Origin: Callorhinchus milii
Taxonomy: Eukaryota
DNA length: 64,000 nucleotides
Assembly (NCBI RefSeq): GCF_018977255.1
Contig: NW_024704742.1
Coordinates: 126,296,001 to 126,360,000, forward strand
Direction of reading: 5' to 3'
A model generated the notes under the pieces. It saw nothing but the letters and a program-made list of their open reading frames with translations, was not told where the DNA came from and ran no database searches. Both the position numbers and the translations under genes were made by a program. Below, in pieces: positions 11,107-23,201 of the stretch; position 1 is the first letter of the stretch, and each line of letters begins with the position of its first letter.

Positions 11107-11310
11107 TCATAATAATAATAATAATAATAATCCTTGCATTTGATATAGCGCTTTTCATGTCTTCTCAACATCTCAAAGCGCTGCACAGAATATGCTGTAA
11201 AGTGAATTGACCGTATATTTGTGGGCAAAACGCGGCAGCCAATTGCGCACAGCAGTGTCCCACAAACAATCGTAGATTGAAAGTGACCAATTTATTATTG
11301 TTTTGTTTTG
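11107..11310 (-). mobile_element. 3' half of tRNA SINE
   Basis: (TAA)n tail plus family body, high similarity to 17830-18025. Confidence 0.8.
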
Positions 11311-12833
11311 TTTTGATAATCATAATCTTTATTGGAGCAAAAAGAAAACATCGCTGTTTAAAATTAAGAACAGTTTGATACCTCTTGGTTACTTTATGCA
11401 GCTCGGAACATCCTTGGGATCAGTGATTACAAATAAGCGTGATGATCATGTTAGTAAATGTAACCATGATATTCCTATTTGCGACATCTGTAAGGCAATT
11501 TGAACAATGTGCTGCTCTATTAAAAATACATATAGTAACAATCAAGCAAAGCAACCTTTTCTTTGGATATTTGGGTCAGTTTGACACAACCTGATACCAT
11601 CAAATTCAGACTTAAGTCCACCATGATTACTGCTTTATTGTCAATAGTTCAGGTGCAAATTTGTCTCAGCCATAAGTTTTCCATCTGGTTCTCATTGCGT
11701 TTATTTTTGAATGAATGGGTCGGTCTGCTTTATTTTACAACTTTTCATCTGCCCCGCAGCAATATATATGGGTCTGGTTTTGTTCAATAGGCTTCAATAG
11801 GTTCACACCAAATTGAGCTTAAACAAAATCCTCAAACAAAAAATGTTTAACTCAGCATTAAGTAGCTCTTTAACTAAGTTACTTGAGTTGGTACTTGATA
11901 TCTTTCATTAATTTTAATATGTTTTAGGTGAGACTCCCTCTTTATACATTTATCCTTTTTCCCTTTACAATGGCATCCTGAAAAACACACCATTCATAAC
12001 AGAGTATAAGTTAATACTTGAGCCTTCTAAGCCTTCACCAATGCCACTTTTATAACAATCTCTGGAGTGCTCAATAAAAGCTCCTTTAATTACCCCCTTG
12101 ATTTCCCTCCCTCTTAGTACCTTCCTGTCACAGCACAACAGAAATGAAGCATGTGGAGATCAATCCTGTGAATCTATAGGGAGGAGAGAATAAAGTTTGT
12201 GCCATTTCATCACACATTCTTTGTGTTCACAAAGAAGGTGTTAAGAACCATCACAAATTATAGGAGGGCGAAGGGAATAGAGAGGCGGATTAAGTGGGGA
12301 GGAAGTTCAGGCGGAGTATAACCACCACAAATTGGGCTTTGATTAGAACAGGGTTATTTCATTTCTTGGACTCATGTTCAAATCCACCAATTGGCCCCAT
12401 CTCTGATTACGAAGGCTTTACATTGAATACATGTAAACAATTCCAGCGCAATGTTCCATTGAACAACAACAACAAAATTACATTTGTATAACAAAGAAGA
12501 ACCGTACGAAAATTTCACACTAAGCAATTGGAAGCTAGAAAACTTTAAAAGAAAATACATGTGAGGGTTTCCCTAGCCTAAGCTGATTTGAAAATATTTG
12601 TTGGGAACATTAACTACAAAAAGTAGAAAAGTGCTGTATTAACAAACCCAGGTTATAATAATAATCCTTGCATTTGATATAGTTAAATATTTGAAACATA
12701 AAATGGGTGAGAAAGACAAAAATCAACATTACATTTGACCTGCAACCTGATCATGACATGTCAGAATCAGTCTGTCAGCATGTCACACATCTTAAATTGA
12801 GTTTGATTATCCTTGATTATGTCATAATCTTAA

Positions 12834-13520
12834 ACAATCTTTGCATTTGATACAGCGTCTTTCATGTCAGGAGAATATCTCAAAGTGATTCACGGGATTA
12901 ACTGTAAAGTCTAGTCATAGTCTATTTTGTAGGTGACTGGAGCAGCCAATTTGTGCACAGCAAAGTCCTCACAAAGAGCCATGAAGTGAATCACCAAATC
13001 TATCTGGGGGATGTTGGCCAGGACACCGGAAGAAACTTCCTTCTCTTTTTAAATAGAGCCATGGATCTTTAACATCCACCTGAACAGGCAGATTGCTTTA
13101 ATGACTCATTTGAAGGACGGCATCCCCGACAGTGCAACACACATCTAGCACTGCATTGGATGTGTTATCTTAGACTGTGTGGGCGGGCCTTCAGCCTCAT
13201 TGCCCCCACCCTCTGGAACTCCATCCCTCAGCCCCTCCACCTTGCCCCCTCCCTTGTCTTCTTCAAGACCCATCTTAAGACCCTCCTCTTCAACCTTGCC
13301 TTCGGTCACCCTCCTATCCCTACCCTCCCCGTCCTCCTCCTCTCCTGATCCCAACCACCAGTTTGGTTGCGGATCCCTGACTGTCCAGCACCTTGGAACG
13401 TCCTCCTGACCTGAAAGGCGCTATACAAATGTAATTTGTTGTTGTTGTGTGATTGCAGGTCCTAACATCGGGCTTGAACCTACAAGGTTCTGACTCTGAG
13501 GTGAGAGGCTGACACACCAG
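12834..13520 (-). mobile_element. Deu-type SINE interrupted by a plus-strand L2 3' fragment (~13172-13447)
   Basis: SINE body at 12834-13170 resumes at ~13455. The insert translates GRAFSLIAPTLWNSIP...FFKTHLKTLLF and ends with aaaggcgctatacaaatg plus (TTG)n. Confidence 0.75.
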
Positions 13521-15974
13521 GAGCAGAAGCCGCATCACTGTGATCATAAAATATACACAGTCACAACATCTTACAGTATTTTTTGTGAAGAACTTTGAGA
13601 TGTCTCGACTACATGATAACACTATATCAAATGCAAGGATTATTATTATTATTATCACCAATAATCTTTTAAAGTTACATTTTTCATCCTATAGTTTTTT
13701 TTTCAGTTCCCACAAAACAACAATATCCTACATCTAAGAGCTTTGCTAAGACAAGGTTGATACCTATGTTAGGAAGTGTATAACTAAATTAAACAGGAAT
13801 AATTATATGTGAATATGAGTTCATCTACCCATAATATCCACTAAACTTTATAGTGGAATGCTGAGAATACTTTGAGATGTAGTCCTGACATGAAAAATGC
13901 ACTGAATGAAAGATCAAATGCAAGAATGCTATTATTATTGAAGATCATTGCCACTAATTGAATAAAAATAGCCAAGTGATTGGAGAATTGTGATATTTAG
14001 CTCACAGACAGAAACACGTGACATTTTATTGTTTGATTTTATTTTTATGTGAGTGAACCTAAATAGTGTTGATGCCAGCAAACATTGGTGATGAAAGAGG
14101 TGATGAAAAAGCAGCACGAACTGACAGAAAATGAATATAAACAAAACAAGGCTCTCGATCATCTGAAAATAGACTGAACAAATTGGCTCCAGTGGTGCAA
14201 ACCAGCCGTGCTCCAAGGGGATCTCCTTGGCTGACATGACTGGAGTGAGTGCAGCTGCTTCATTGTTTAAGCACGTGCAAGACTAACAGGATTCCACAAA
14301 GGAGTCCTTCAACTGTAATTATTTTTAACTAACATGAGACATATCTGTACTCTGTGTTTAACATTGTACCACCCTGTTCCTAGAGGAAACCTTCTTTAAC
14401 TTGTAAATATACAGATAAGAAGGTGGCACTTAATTTGTTTTTCTGAACAATTGTGTCTGAGAAAGGATATAACATCAGAGGTATGTATTCTGACCTGTCC
14501 GAGGCAAGTCATGAATGTCTATCTTATAGAGTTCATTCTGTAGGGTGATTGCTGGCTTCTTGCTGAGTGTTTAGATTTTGCCAATTTGAATACCAGAAAA
14601 CAATTAGATCCTCAATTAGCTTGTTACCGAGCCGTACTGAAAGGTACTGTATTATTATTTTAAAGTATCATTCTGCAGGTCTTTTTCCTCTCTTTTGTAT
14701 TTGGTATAACAGAGGAAAGCAAAAAAGAAGTTGTTATAATATATCAACTCTTCAGAGACTTGAAATGACTCTATTCATTATAAACAGAAATAAAGTGTTC
14801 CAAAAGTATGCAAAAGAAATTGCTTCAGTGTCCAAAATTCCTCAGTGCTGACATTGAGAATTGTGATTTCATTAAAATTAAATAAAGATATAGAAGGTAT
14901 GGGGTGGTGCCTTCAATAAGCATTGAGCAAAGTATCTCAATGATCCAATGTAGACATACATTTGAAAGTTCTGTTAATCCATCTGTTGAGTGTGCAATTT
15001 GACATGTACTTTATTTTTATAATTTAAATGTTATACAGCGATCAGAAGATCACAAATTCTGATTATCTATCCAATCCTATGCTTGTAAAACACCCACACT
15101 ACCCCCTACCTTTACAGCAGCAAGCTGTTTTATTTAAATGAGTCCAGTTTCCTGGTCTTAACTACCCTTCCTGCCAATCTGTTCCAATCATTAATGACCC
15201 TCTGGGTAAATAAATATTTCCTGGTGTCTGTCCTGAAATTACCATTTCAATTCTAAACCTAAGACTTCTTGTTCTGCTGTCTTGGTGCATCCTAAGCTAT
15301 TGATCTAGGCTTACTTTTTCAATCAAATTTAAAATTTGATACACCTCTATGGGGGTCCCCTGTTAGACACTTTCTCTCTAGTTGAAGAATCCTAGCTTGC
15401 CGATTTAAAAGTGCCATATTTGGGACAAGGTCCTAGAAGTGGAAGCCATTATATCCTCCAGACATGAAGGGCTCTACATCAAATGTAAGGATTATAATAA
15501 TAATCTATTACATTCGGATGACATCTCAAAGCACTTCACATGATATACAGTAAAGTATAGTGAATGTAGAATCCAGCCTAAGGCAAGAAAGATCTGCTCT
15601 TTTAAAGGCTGAGGAGTAAGTTGGCTTTCTCAACTAGTGTGTCAACCTAGACTGAGAACTCAAGTTCTAGCAAGGGCTTTACACTTTCGTACCAAGCTGA
15701 CAATCAAATAAAACAACCAGGTTCGGAGTACTACACTTGCAAAGGATACTAAAATTGTGTGTTGGTTTTTAAATAACTGGTCACTCAGCAACATTTCTGG
15801 GCAATCCAATGGGCAACTTAAAAATTTCCAATGGCAGGTGAAAGAATCAAATTGTTCCAGAAACCACTCTTCCAGTTCTATAACCAGATGTGAGCTCTGT
15901 TGCTACAAAATGGAAATTAAATATCTATACATCGAGGAGTCAAAACCTTCTAACCACTGCACCTTACCTACAGT

Positions 15975-16405
15975 ATCAGCCTAGCTCAGTTGGTAGCACT
16001 CTCTCCTCAGAGTCAGAATGTTGTAGGTTCAAGCCCCACAGTGGGACTTTGAGATTATAACCTAGGCTGACACTCCAGTGCAATGCTGTGGGACGATTGT
16101 ATTGTCATAGGTGCCATTTTTTGGATAAGACAAGGTCTTGCCTGCCTGTTCAAGTGGATGTTAATTATCTTGTGGCACTATTCAAAAAGAGAAGGGAGTG
16201 TCTCTCGATGCCTTAGCCAACATTCCCCAAGATAAAATTGGATATTCACTTCATAGCTGTTTGCCGTTCATTTGCTGTGCACAAATTGGCTGCCACATTT
16301 GTCTACAAATACATGGTCACTACACATTGTAGAAAATCCTGTAAAGCAGTTTGAGACATTCTGATGGCATGAAAAGGTGTTGTATCAAAAGGAAGGATTA
16401 TTATT
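15975..16405 (+). mobile_element. Near full-length Deu-domain tRNA SINE (SacSINE1-like)
   Basis: tcagcctagctcagttggtagcactctc..ctcagagtcagaa..ggttcaagcccc head, ctaggctgacactccagtgca body, gctgtgcacaaattggctgcc segment, tail aaggattattatt. Confidence 0.8.
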
Positions 16406-17282
16406 GCAAGATAGATCTAGCCCTTACCTCAATTGCCCTATACATTTCTAACTGCTATGTTGCTTGCACTATGGTCACTATATCCTTGCCAGCACTCAGA
16501 TGGAAAATAGAATCCTCATTTATTATGTGCCAAGATTTTGGCAACAACTAGGATAGTGAAAGCCAGACAAGATTTACACTTGGGAAAGTATTGCAATCAA
16601 TACGGATCACTGCTGTTGGCTAAGACAAGATCTTGTGGGAGGGGTTGCTCAATCAAATTGAAAGTATTGTTTAAATATCCCCGCCCAAGGGTACGTAACC
16701 CAGAGAACTCCCAAAGTACATAAACAATGAGCTTACTTCTGCTGACACTGATTATTATGAGCTATCCTAACATATTTCAAATGAACTGGTGTCCTGTGAG
16801 CGCTATCAGTCATTTTGAACAGAACCAATAAGTATTTTCTTAGACAAAATCTATTAAAGGGAATGCAGCCCTGTTTTGATAATGGCAATATAGAAATCTA
16901 ATTTGTGGCATTTTTAAACAGGATTCCAGGCAATCCAAAGGAAATCTGTTCCGGGCATAGATGGCATTGGAGTAAAATTCCCACAGCTCAGCATTGCACT
17001 TTTTTTTTCATGTGAGTCAATCTAATACCACTTTCCTGATCCCCGCCATTAGCCTTAATATTCCTCCACTTCAAGCATCTTCTAATTCCCCTTTAACAGA
17101 ATTTGTAAATTGTACATTTCGGAGGGTTAGATTTCTAACATCTACAGAAATCCACGATCATGATTAAGAGAATCCAAACTGTACCTATGCATGATCTCTA
17201 TGCCAAGATATTTATCTGATCATGAGACTCATGCTGTTATTATGAAGTACTTAAACTTTGTTTTTATCATTTATTTTATTTT

Positions 17283-17620
17283 TGGTCAGCTGGGTGTTTG
17301 ATATATGTAGAAACGTATCACCATGCTTAAGAGTTCCCAAATCGGATTGAGAGTTCCACATATGCATGCCACATCCACATGGAAATTTCCCTATGTCTGG
17401 AAGGGAATGCACACCCTCTCCCTGGACTTGCCTAATTGTGAGAGTGTTAGGCACAAGTTGGCAAGTGGCAAGGCCTGGGAACTGTAGAATGTGCATTGGG
17501 GAATTGTTGCAGTTTAATCAGCTAAAACCGCATATGTTGCCATTGAGAGCATTGAATGCCAAGCCTCCACTGCTGGGACCACCCTACCAGTTAGGGATTT
17601 GTTTTGCCTGCTCCTGGTAA
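17283..17620 (-). repeat. Unassigned old interspersed repeat family (copy on minus strand)
   Basis: Reverse complement matches the family core ccttg..cttgccaacttgtgcctaa..ctc and the 3' end cacccagctgaccaaaa seen at 46378-46963, 50365-50660 and 51180-51546. Confidence 0.7.
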
Positions 17621-17691
17621 TAGTAATTTAAAACATCATTTGAATCTCTCAATTAGATTAGTGTCTTGAAATCAATCTATTATTCTATTTT

Positions 17692-18025
17692 GGAGTCCTG
17701 TAGCTCAGTGGTTAGAGCACTCGCTTTGCAAGTGAGAGACCTGAGTTCAATTCCAGGCAGGACGAAACCTTGGGCAAGTTTCCTTACTCCACACAGAGCC
17801 TAATAATAATCCCTCCAAAACTAAAAACAATAATTAAATTGGTCATTTTCAATCTACGACTGTTTGTGGGACATTGCTGTGCGCAATTGGCTGCCGCGTT
17901 CGCCCACAAATATACAGTCAATTCACTTTACAGTGTGTTCTGTGAAGCGCTTTGGGACGTCCTCCCGACGTGAAAAGCGCTATATCAAATGCAAGGATTA
18001 TTATTATTATTATTATTATTATTAT
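17692..18025 (+). mobile_element. Full-length young tRNA(Ala-like) SINE, short variant
   Basis: GGAGTCCTGTAGCTCAGTGGTTAGAGCACTCGCTTTGCAAGTGAGAGACCTGAGTTCAATTCC head with intact A/B boxes, CpG-intact body and (ATT)n tail. Confidence 0.92.
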
Positions 18026-20959
18026 TTTGTTAGCAAGCTATAAAATTGCTGTCAACAGCACATATAAAACAAAACCCACTAAGCCCGGAGAGAGACATCT
18101 CACTTACATGTATCTTTAAATTTAAAAGAGAGTAAAACTGTTTGTATTTCAACAAGCTAAAAAAACCTGTAAATTACAGCTTTAATAATCATCAGTGTTT
18201 TTGCACATCTCTTTTTCTTTCCGTTATGAACATCTGCTGAAAGCCGCTCACAACTGGATGCAGTCACGCAACATCAAAGGAATTCTTTTTTGGGAATACA
18301 AGTTAATCAGGTTTGTTAGGGATAGGTCTTTAGCTTTCATTTCTCATTATCATTACTCAACGAAGCCTACCGTAAAGCATTAAAGGATCACTTTTGCATG
18401 ACGAAGGAGGATCAAAAAGCTACTACAAAAATCCTCTTTAGCGAGCTTCTTGAACCCGATGCAACACTGTACGATTTTTCATTTAATGACAAATTGCAGG
18501 TGAAGGTGAATTTGGCTGACACTTTCACACTGGTTTCAGGTCAACGTGTTGACAGTTGACTGAGGTCCATAAACCACTGTAATTTGTCACTGTTTAAATA
18601 AATGCCTTTAAGCCCTTTCTTACAAGCCTTCAATTCACCTAGTTCTGCTGCCTTTGGTGCGGTAGATTCAGTCTGAGAAAATAGTCATTAAGCAACCTCA
18701 AATAAAAAAGTTGTAAGAACAAACCTGCTGCCTTTATAAAACAGGGTCAGGTTTGCTTGATGATTCAATCTACAGTGTCCTCCAAAACCAACATCTGTCC
18801 CATAAAGATAATTCTTTGAACATTGCAAATGCCTCAAACTTAACATCATTATCAAAGCAAAGGATTAGTGCAGGTGCTGAATTTATTAGTTTGTAGATGG
18901 CTGTATCACCTGATGTGAATGGGATTATACTGTTGACTGTTTGCTGCCATGTAATGTGATAGGCAGCATTGCGACTATGCTATGACATGTACAGTTGAAA
19001 TAAAAATAGCATTGAGCTTTTGAAGCTCGGGTTCAAAAAGCAACAAAACTGTTTGCTTTAGAACAGAGAAAAGCACCTGAACAATTATGGTTCCCACCAT
19101 ATTTTCTCACTCATCTTTTCTTTGGAAAATGTGGTTAGAAGGATGTTGTATTGGAAAATTGACTATTAAATGTAAAGATGCAACACCATTCAAACGAGAA
19201 AATGAAGGGCGATTTCAGGACAGACAAAAGGAAGTATTTCTTTATCCGGAGATTAATTATCAACTGGAAAAAGGTTACCAGCAGGAGTGGTTGAGACTAG
19301 GATGCTGGACTTGCTCAAAGTACAGCTTGATGGTATGATGGGAGGACAGTTGGTGGGTACTCTGGAAGGGGCTTGAAGGGCCTTATTTCTCTAAACCAAT
19401 CTTACTGTCTTACTTACCTACACTACCCTACACTACACCAGTGCTGAGCTTAACACTAGCTTGTTTCAAAGTGTTAAGGAAAACACCAACACAGTGCTAC
19501 AATACTCTACACTGCACTACACTCCAATCCACAACTGTTTGTGGGACACTGCTGTGCGTAATGGCTGACGTATTTCGTCCACAAAATACACAGTCAATTC
19601 ATTTTACAGTATATTCTGTGAAGCGCTTTGAGACATCTTGAAGCTGTGATAAGGCGCTATATAAATGCCATTTTTTGCTGTTGCTGTTCGGACTCAGAGG
19701 CAAGAGTGCCACCAACTGAGCCAGACTGACATCTGAAAAGCACTTGATTAATTTTAATGTTCTTGCCTGTATTAGCTTGTTTGGTAGATTATTGCATACA
19801 CAAGATTGTTCCAAACATTTATAACTGCTTGAGGAAAGACATTTTTTTTCCCTGTGATATATTCTAAATTTCGCATTCGCCTTGAAAGTACATACTCAGT
19901 ACACTTTACAGTATATCCTGTGAAGTGCGTTGAGATGTCCTCCCGATGTGAAAAACGCTGTATGAAATGTAAGTTTTTTTTTAATTTGCTTTTCAATGAT
20001 TTTCACACATACTCTCATTCTACATTCATGACCTTTGATGTACTTTCTGTGTTTGCCTAATCTATGCCATTAATTATTTTATATTTTCAATGAAGTTTCC
20101 TTCCCTTCCCCAGTCACGTTCTTGTCACTTTAAGTATCTTTAACCTTTCTTGCATAACTCATTACTTTTATAATTTCTTTGCTCTTCTTCTCTATTCCAT
20201 TTTTTACTGCGATTACTATGTATTTTTGTTGAACTCAGGACTATAATAGTGCGACTGTGCTGCATGTTTGGCAATCCATTGCTTCTAGTTTGACAAGAGC
20301 CATTTCACATACAGTATTGCAAAGGCTTTTTCTGTTGACTGAAATTTTAAGTGCTCCAGGACGCTACCCAGTGTGAGGGGTGTTATATAAATGCAAATTG
20401 TTGTTGTTGCCATTGTATCAAACACGCCATATAAATAGGAGTTAGCCCAATCCACACTGGAGCCCTGCTCCTGACAATACCTTTAGGAAGTATTTTTGGC
20501 AGAAGTGGGCTTTGACCTGCTGTAGTATAGATGCAGTTGGTGTGAATCAAACTGGGCTTTCTGCCCCATTGTCCATTGAAAGCTACAGGAGGTCCACTGA
20601 TCGGCCGAGGAAGTTTTAACAGTATTTTGTTTATATTATTAGAGTCGATCGTGTGACCGGCTCCTTAATAACATTTGAAAAAGAACAAATTTGGTGTGTT
20701 GCCTTTGTATTAAGCTGTTCATGTACAGAACTAAAAAACTCAATGATACTGTTTGAACAGTTGCTGTCTAACAGTGTAATATGATCTGGAACGGGAAGCA
20801 TAAATCAGGCTTTTCTCCACATGGCTATACTGCAGGGATCACACTCCCAGGAATATATAAGTAACATTAATATCATATGACTACAGTATTGCAAAGATTT
20901 ATTCTGTTGACGGAAATTTTTTATGTAGAAGTAAAATATTGTGTTAAATGACCAATTGT

Positions 20960-21322
20960 GGGGTCCTGTCTTGGAGTGGTTAGCACCCTTTCCTCACAAG
21001 CGAGAGGACCCTGATTCAATTCCGGGGAAGGACAAAACCTTAGGCAAGTTTCCTTACTCCACATGCCTCTATTTACCTCGCAGTAAGTAGGAACCCAGTT
21101 GTTAGTTGATTGGCAAATTACTTTCCAGGGGTAATTACCCCTCCCCCAAAAAATATAATAATTTTGTCACTCAATCCACGACGACTGTGCGCAATTGGCT
21201 ACCGCATTTCTCCCACATAAAAACACGGTTACTCCACTTTACAATATATTCTGTGAAGTGCTTTGAGACATCTCAACAATGTGATAAGGTGCTATATCAA
21301 ATGCAAGTATTATTATTATTAA
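20960..21322 (+). mobile_element. Older full-length tRNA SINE, long variant
   Basis: ggggtcctgtc..gagtggttagcacc head; central gcctctatttacctcgcagtaagtaggaacccagttg segment; tail tatcaaatgcaagtattatt. Confidence 0.8.
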
Positions 21323-23201
21323 TATTGTCAAATGTAATATAGTATTTGTAATTGAATTGTTTTTCAAATTATAAAGATGAGATAAAATACATGTACCTTA
21401 TTGTGTATTTGTGTTATAACAACAGAGAGCATTTTGAAACAACTGCCCAATGGTCAGTTTTAGAGTATGCAATCACTCTTCCAAGGGGAGCCTCACTCAC
21501 CTACCCTCGGAAAAGATAGCAGTTTGATGGCAGAAGCCAGTATATTAGGGAATGTGTAAAGTCCACATTAGGAAATAAACATTGTGTTATCTCTTTTTAA
21601 TCAGCTACTCTTGTGTTCATTTAATTTACGCTCTCTGAAATGTTATTCTACATGAAAGGCACGATATAAATGCAAGTTGTTGTTGTTAAAATTTGCAAAT
21701 GACTTTCTTCAGTGCTATCCTGAGTAGGCTAGGAGATAGAGTAACCATGTTTTCGTATCAGCGTGGGTCACTCTCACCTCTGAGTCAGAAGTTTGTGGGT
21801 TCAAGACCCACATTAGGACTTTGAACTCATTGTCAACATTGACACTCCATTGCAGTTTTGGAGGTGTGCTGCATTGCCAGAGGTGCAATCATTCAGATGC
21901 GGTATTAACCCAGAATGACTTGCAAGGTGCTGTATCAAATGTGAGGATTGTTATTGACACCTCTTGTCTGCTTGGCTGTTGACCATCCCACAACATAAGA
22001 CGTTCAATTATTCCAGCAACCAAACTAAACTAGAGTATTTCAACCTTTGTAGAATGCTAAATTTGCTGCTGATGTTGATATCCAGGGCACAGTTCTGTAC
22101 CGTTTTTTCACATTCATAAGATAATAATCCTTGTATTGATAGAACACCTTATCACATCTTCGAGATGTCTCAAAGTGCTTCACAGAATATACTGTAAAGT
22201 GAATTGACTGTATATATTGTGGGCAAAATATTTCCTAGTTGTTTGTGCCATTGTAGTTCAGATGTGATTGCTGCTTCAAGGAGCCAGAGAACTGAATAGT
22301 ATTTGTAACCCTTACAATTGGGAAGTGATCCACATTTCTCAGTGGTACTACATAACTGACTTGGACCTGAGCAATGAAGATAATTCATTGTTTGTCTGTG
22401 TGTGACAATCAATGCTGAAATACAAATAGCTCGAACTTTTCTGGGAACAAAGTGAATTACAGTTTCTGGACCATCAGATTGAAAGCATCACAAATCAACC
22501 AAATGCTCTGTAACAAAATTGGCAGTTTGAGTGGAGCTGTTATGGTTAAGATTTTAGATTGGTTTATTCAGAATGCTCCCATTGACCTCGGACCTCCGAC
22601 GTAATTAACAGCAGGATCACTGTAAATCGAAGTAACATTGCAGAAAGAATATATTCATGCATACCAGTGATTTTATTGAATAACTGTAAATTAAGGTTTG
22701 CTGATACCCACATTTAACAGCAATATTCAGTCATTGTCAACAGCCATCCATTTGGTTTTGATTCATTAACCTCCCATTAAAATCACTTTTAGATTACATG
22801 TTTCAACACAGAGGCAGCCCTTTGTGTCAGACTCCACACCACTGTCAAGCATTCTGGGACTCTACCCCACGTGAAGGGCTCTAGATAAAAGCAAGTTGTT
22901 GCTATCCTAAACCTCTCCTGACTTCTCACTGAGCAACAAAACTTGGCCTGTGGGAGAAACCCTTCTCATGGGGGGAGGTCCTGGTGGGAGTGTTTGTTTC
23001 TTCCCAAACCTGATTTCAAGGAGAGGTTTTTAAGGACATGTTTTTACTGTAAATCTGTCCAGTCAATAAATCAATTCCTTATACAGTTAGGAACACTGTA
23101 TTGAATAATTTCCCCTCTTTTGCTCTACTATGATCCGAAATATGTTCAACTACAAGATACACAGCGACTTCACTTTACGGTATATCCCATGAAGTGATTT
23201 G

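Noticed and set aside
17692..17765. tRNA-Ala(TGC)-like gene (also at ~5205-5277, 24094 and 47381)
   Set aside because: The acceptor stem does not close, and each copy runs straight into a SINE body and (ATT)n tail. These are SINE heads, not tRNA genes.
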